Positions 61,648 to 64,000 of a stretch of 64,000 nucleotides of DNA are shown piece by piece (within the stretch, counting starts at the first letter, position 1; each line of letters begins with the position of its first letter). The position numbers were made by a program, and so were the translations under genes. The notes under the pieces were generated by a model. The model worked only from the letters and a program-made list of their open reading frames with translations, did not search any database and had not been told where the DNA came from. The stretch is from Actinomycetota bacterium (GTDB taxonomy: Bacteria > Actinomycetota > UBA4738), in the NCBI GenBank assembly GCA_036505215.1, contig DASXTW010000046.1, forward strand, positions 8,471 through 72,470, read 5' to 3'.

Positions 61648-64000
61648 TCAGGACGTCAGGGCAGTCGCCGCTCCGAGCAGCGCGTCACTGTCCTCAACGA
61701 GCGGCAACGTCCCAAGCCCGACAAAGATATTCCGGGCCTCCCTCAGTGTCGCTTCTGCGTCAGTCATTTTCTTCAGATCCAGAAGGCACCGGCCCGCCCC
61801 GAGCAGTGCGAGCCCCCTCTCCAGGGCGTGCCCGAACTCCCTCCACCCCACATCCGCTTGGCGGTAGAGCTGCTCGGACTCCTCGAGATTGCGTTCAGCC
61901 TCGGCCACGACGGCTTGGGCCGTGACCACCGAGAGTTGGTCGCGCGTCGTAGCGGCGGCCGTCCCCTCGATCAGGCGCCTGGCCAAACCGATCTCGCCCG
62001 CCCAGACGGCAACCCGCGCCGCCTCAGCCACGTGCTGAGCTCGGAACTGCGGTGGGGTCTCTCTGGTGGCCTCCTCGAGATCCCGGACCAGCCTGACGGC
62101 TGGCAGAAGGTTTCCTCGGCGTTGCTCGATCACGGCTCCCACGGCGAGCGCCGGCGTGAGGATCTGAGGGTCGGCGATATCTCGGGCCCGGGCCAGGAAC
62201 TCTTCCTCGAGTGCGGCAGCCTCTGAGACCCTGCCCCGCCACAAGAGCACTCCTGCCCTGTATGTAAGCGCCATGACCCCGAAGTAAGTCCCCCCATGGG
62301 CTCGGTCCCAGGCGATCAGCTCATCGGCGGTTCGGAGGAGATCGTCCCACTCCCCCAGGTCGAACAGCGTCCACAGCGACTCTCCCTTCGTCCACAGGAC
62401 GGGCCCAGTGATCCCTCGATGCTCCCCGAAGTGGATGCCGGCTCGCTGGATCTCCAGGGCTTTCGCTGGGCCTTCGACGTACCACACCCAGTCCGCGAGG
62501 TTGATGTGGCACCGAACCGTCTCGTGCCCCAGCCCATATTGCAGGCTCATCTGGAGGGCTTGCCGGAGGTCATCGATGCCCCTCAGGTCCCCGAGCTCAC
62601 ACCGAGAGGTCCCCCGATACTGCCGGGCCATCACGTCCACCCCGGGGATGTCGAGTTCCTCGGCAAGCCCGAGGGCCTTCTCGGACCACTCCAGGCAGTC
62701 CCTGCTTCGTCCCGACAGCATCATGTCCCTGGCGATCTGGCCGTAGGCATGGGCCAGCTCGGGCCCCGGAGGTTCGCCCTCGAGCAGCTCGATCACTTGA
62801 CGCAAGAGCCCCCTGGCCTGCGCCGTCTTGCCGCGGAAGCCGTGGACCAATGACAGGCTGACCATGGCCGCTCCAACCCCCCGCGCATCGCCCCGGGTCC
62901 TGAGCGCGGAGATGGCCTGCTCGTAGTCTCGTTCGGCCTCCGGGAACCCACCCGACAACCAGGCGCACTCGGCCGCTTTCGTGAGAACGCTCACGCGGCC
63001 TGTGTGGTCGGGAGGAAAGAGCTCCAGGGCCTTGCGGAAGTACGACTCCGCCATCCCCACGTCGAGCTGCATGGCCCGGTCACCTGCGAGCTCGAGGGAG
63101 CGACGGGTCCGCTCCTCGAGATGAGCAAGGTCCCCGTCCGCCCCTGCGGCTTTGGTCAGTTCGAGCGCCTGGACATCGTGGTGAGCCAGGAGCTCGGCGT
63201 GGTCGGTGATCCGATCGCCGGCGATGGCCTCGATCCACTCCGCGGCTGCGCGGTGCTTCTTTGCCCGGGCAGCCCGGGGGATCTGCCCGTACGCGACATC
63301 TCGCACGAGCAGGTGCCAGAAAGAATACTCGGCCTGGTTCCTCACGGAGGAACTCCTGGCCGGGCGGACCAGCTCCTTCCTTGCCAGCTCGTGAAGCCCT
63401 TCCTCCACTTCCCTGAGCTGTGTGCCTCCGATGAAGGAGACCGCCCCCGACCAGAACACCTTCCCCACGACGGCGGCGTCGTGAAGGAGAGCCTTCCGGT
63501 CGCTCGGCAGGGTGTCCAGGCGAGCGGCAATGAGAGCCTGCACGGTTTCCGGTACGGGGATCTCCACGCCGGAAGCGACGTGTACGACTCGGTCCCTCCG
63601 CTCGAGGATCCCACGGTCGAAGAGCATCCGCACGAACTCCTCGGTGTACAGCGGATTGCCGCCCGACCGCTCGATGAGAGCGCGCTGCGTGCCCGCGGGC
63701 AGCACAGCCTGGGACAGCAGCGCCGAGATGAGACGGGCCGTCTCTTGGGTAGTGAGGGGGGACAGAGTGATCGTGGTCGAGTTCTTCTTCCCTCCGCCCC
63801 ATCCGAGCCGCCTCTCGTACAGCTCCGGCCGGGCTGGGCAGATCACGAGCAGCGGCACCCCAGTGGACCAGTCCACGAGGTGCTCTACGAACTCGAGCAT
63901 CGCCGGGTCCCCCCAGTGCAAGTCCTCGAACACAAGGACGAGGGGACTCTCCGAAGCCATGGCCTCGAAGAACCGCCGCCAGGCCGTAAACGACTCTTCC
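61648..64000 (-). CDS. Large ATP-dependent regulator (AAA/NB-ARC-like NTPase + TPR), C-terminal part; N-terminus beyond the window
   Basis: Walker B-like VLVFEDLHWGDP at the window edge, followed by a long TPR/helical repeat region. No stop before nt 64000 in frame. Confidence 0.7.
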   Translation of the reverse strand, partial: EESFTAWRRFFEAMASESPLVLVFEDLHWGDPAMLEFVEHLVDWSTGVPLLVICPARPELYERRLGWGGGKKNSTTITLSPLTTQETARLISALLSQAVLPAGTQRALIERSGGNPLYTEEFVRMLFDRGILERRDRVVHVASGVEIPVPETVQALIAARLDTLPSDRKALLHDAAVVGKVFWSGAVSFIGGTQLREVEEGLHELARKELVRPARSSSVRNQAEYSFWHLLVRDVAYGQIPRAARAKKHRAAAEWIEAIAGDRITDHAELLAHHDVQALELTKAAGADGDLAHLEERTRRSLELAGDRAMQLDVGMAESYFRKALELFPPDHTGRVSVLTKAAECAWLSGGFPEAERDYEQAISALRTRGDARGVGAAMVSLSLVHGFRGKTAQARGLLRQVIELLEGEPPGPELAHAYGQIARDMMLSGRSRDCLEWSEKALGLAEELDIPGVDVMARQYRGTSRCELGDLRGIDDLRQALQMSLQYGLGHETVRCHINLADWVWYVEGPAKALEIQRAGIHFGEHRGITGPVLWTKGESLWTLFDLGEWDDLLRTADELIAWDRAHGGTYFGVMALTYRAGVLLWRGRVSEAAALEEEFLARARDIADPQILTPALAVGAVIEQRRGNLLPAVRLVRDLEEATRETPPQFRAQHVAEAARVAVWAGEIGLARRLIEGTAAATTRDQLSVVTAQAVVAEAERNLEESEQLYRQADVGWREFGHALERGLALLGAGRCLLDLKKMTDAEATLREARNIFVGLGTLPLVEDSDALLGAATALTS

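Overview
High-GC (about 68–70%) actinobacterial-type chromosomal segment, densely coding on both strands, with many spurious antisense shadow ORFs in the six-frame track. I support about 55 protein genes and one tRNA-Leu(CAG). The core of the window is the conserved oriC-proximal cell-division and Ser/Thr-signalling cluster (tRNA-Leu, fhaA, fhaB, pstP, rodA, pbpA, two PASTA kinases, and crgA 12 kb further on). Other housekeeping and transport genes include an Mce operon tail, a split MetE, two paralogous PAS-GGDEF-EAL sensors, class A PBP, serS, bactofilin, larC, an M23 peptidase, a FtsX/ABC transporter, a dCTP-deaminase-like gene, a ThyX-like gene, marR/yceI/mmpL, fadD, amidase, penicillin acylase, thiolase, nagZ, kgd, a galE-like gene, alkB and a partial AAA/TPR regulator. 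There are no CRISPR arrays, integrases, transposases or obvious defence islands. The most unusual observations are: (1) a roughly 115–140 bp interspersed MIRU/REP-like repeat with a G-rich head and a hairpin conserved by a compensatory substitution, present twice in opposite orientation and in both cases supplying the stop codon of the upstream gene; (2) an ECF sigma factor fused to a C-terminal BFN/DUF151 (bifunctional nuclease) domain with no adjacent anti-sigma gene; (3) a MetE split exactly at its interdomain linker into two translationally coupled genes; (4) a tandem ThyX-like protein whose motifs are degenerate in both halves; (5) an identical 16-nt palindrome-containing operator at matching positions upstream of the thiolase and of the divergent amidase/penicillin-acylase pair; (6) a candidate MarR operator; and (7) a near-consensus promoter plus structured leader upstream of the M23 peptidase. 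Coordinates I derived by hand may be off by 1–2 nt; CDS ends follow the ORF track.
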